Assembly (NCBI GenBank): GCA_043228905.1
Contig: JBHGNT010000003.1
Coordinates: 13,702,001-13,766,000, forward strand
Direction: 5' to 3'
DNA length: 64,000 nt
DNA from: Azolla caroliniana
Lineage: Eukaryota > Plantae > Polypodiophyta
Shown in pieces: positions 62,962-64,000 of this stretch. Both the position numbers and the translations under genes were made by a program. The stretch's first letter is position 1. Each line of letters starts with the position of its first letter. The notes beneath the pieces are model-generated. The model saw only the letters and a program-made list of their open reading frames with translations. It had not been told where the DNA came from and searched no databases.

Positions 62962-64000
62962 GTGAGCATTCCACCTTATCAACTTAGTCAATTAGAAGAG
63001 GATGAGATCGCCAAACAACCTAAGGAATACTTGAGTATGGGTCACATTAGGTATAGTAAATCACCTTGGGGTGCGCTAGTTCTTTTAGTTAAGAAGAAGG
63101 AAGGTTCATGGCGAATGTGTATTAACTATCGTCGTTTGAATAAACTAACAATTAAAAATGCATATCAGTTACCTCTTGCCGATGATTTGATTGATCATTT
63201 GCATCGGGCTTGATATTTTACAAAAGTTGACTTACGAACAGGTTACCATCAGATTTGCATTGCCGAGGATGATATTCCTAAAATCACTTTTCGTACACGC
63301 TATGGCCATTATGAGTTTTTAGTCATGCGTTTTAGGTTGACTAATGCTCCAGCCACATTTCAACAAGCGATGAATGACGTTTTCTAAGATCAACTCGGTG
63401 ATTTTGTTGTTGTCTTCTTGGATGATATTCTCATATATAGTCGTACCTTGCAAGATCATGTTCAACATGTTCGATTTGTTTTGCAAAAGTTGTGTGACAA
63501 CTCTTTCTATGCAAAACATTCAAAATGTGTTTTTTCCAAAAATCTATTGTGTACCTAGGCTAGGTCATTTAATTACGGAAAATGGCATTGAAATTGAACC
63601 TTCTTGCATTGAAAAGGTTAAACTTTGGCCCATTCCTCGTAATATTCGTGAACTTCGATCATTGTTAGGATTTGTTGGACTTTTACGAAAATCGATTCTT
63701 AATTATTCTAAATTGACTACGCCATTAACTAACCTTTTAAAAGGTCCTCCACGTAAATCTATCAAACCAATTTCATGGAATGAACAACTTGACAAATCAT
63801 TTGAGACACTCAAATCGCATGTCCGTCAGGCTCCAACTTTTCTATTACTAGACCTTCCAAGCCTTTCTCAATTGAAACCGATGCTAAGTGATTATGCTAT
63901 TGGTATTGTCCTTTATCAGTGCGGTCACCCTGTCGCTTTTGAAAGTAAAAAGCTTGATGCTACTCAATCTCGGATTCCGTTCAAGAGAAAGAGTTGTTCA
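62962..64000 (+). pseudogene. Decayed gypsy RT and RNase H, same family as element C
   Basis: [18 protein letters not shown]...[20 protein letters not shown] closely matches 9770-10500 and 27630-27870; abuts copia F with no LTR. Confidence 0.88.

Overview
No host genes were found. The window is a dense nest of plant LTR retrotransposons (Ty1/copia and Ty3/gypsy) plus two hAT-type non-autonomous DNA elements; Tcn1-like chromoviruses suggest a non-seed plant such as a moss (inference). Using LTR pairs, target-site duplications (TSDs) and reading frames that rejoin across insertions, I could reconstruct up to seven nesting levels. Young, nearly intact elements are a copia running off the left edge (1-2884), a 4-kb non-autonomous gag-PR element with apparently identical LTRs (46403-50396) and a 9.9-kb non-chromovirus gypsy with an extra 964-aa ORF (50967-60847). 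The two most unusual signals are: (1) two related gypsy elements have no polypurine tract and instead carry a second, opposite-strand tRNA-Arg primer-binding site 2 nt from the 3' LTR, suggesting tRNA priming of both strands; (2) the Tcn1-like LTRs begin with an antisense tRNA-like A-box/B-box module, followed by a heat-shock element, a TATA box and a Tf1-type self-priming signal. All comparisons were made by eye, and tRNA identities come from recalled plant tRNA sequences.
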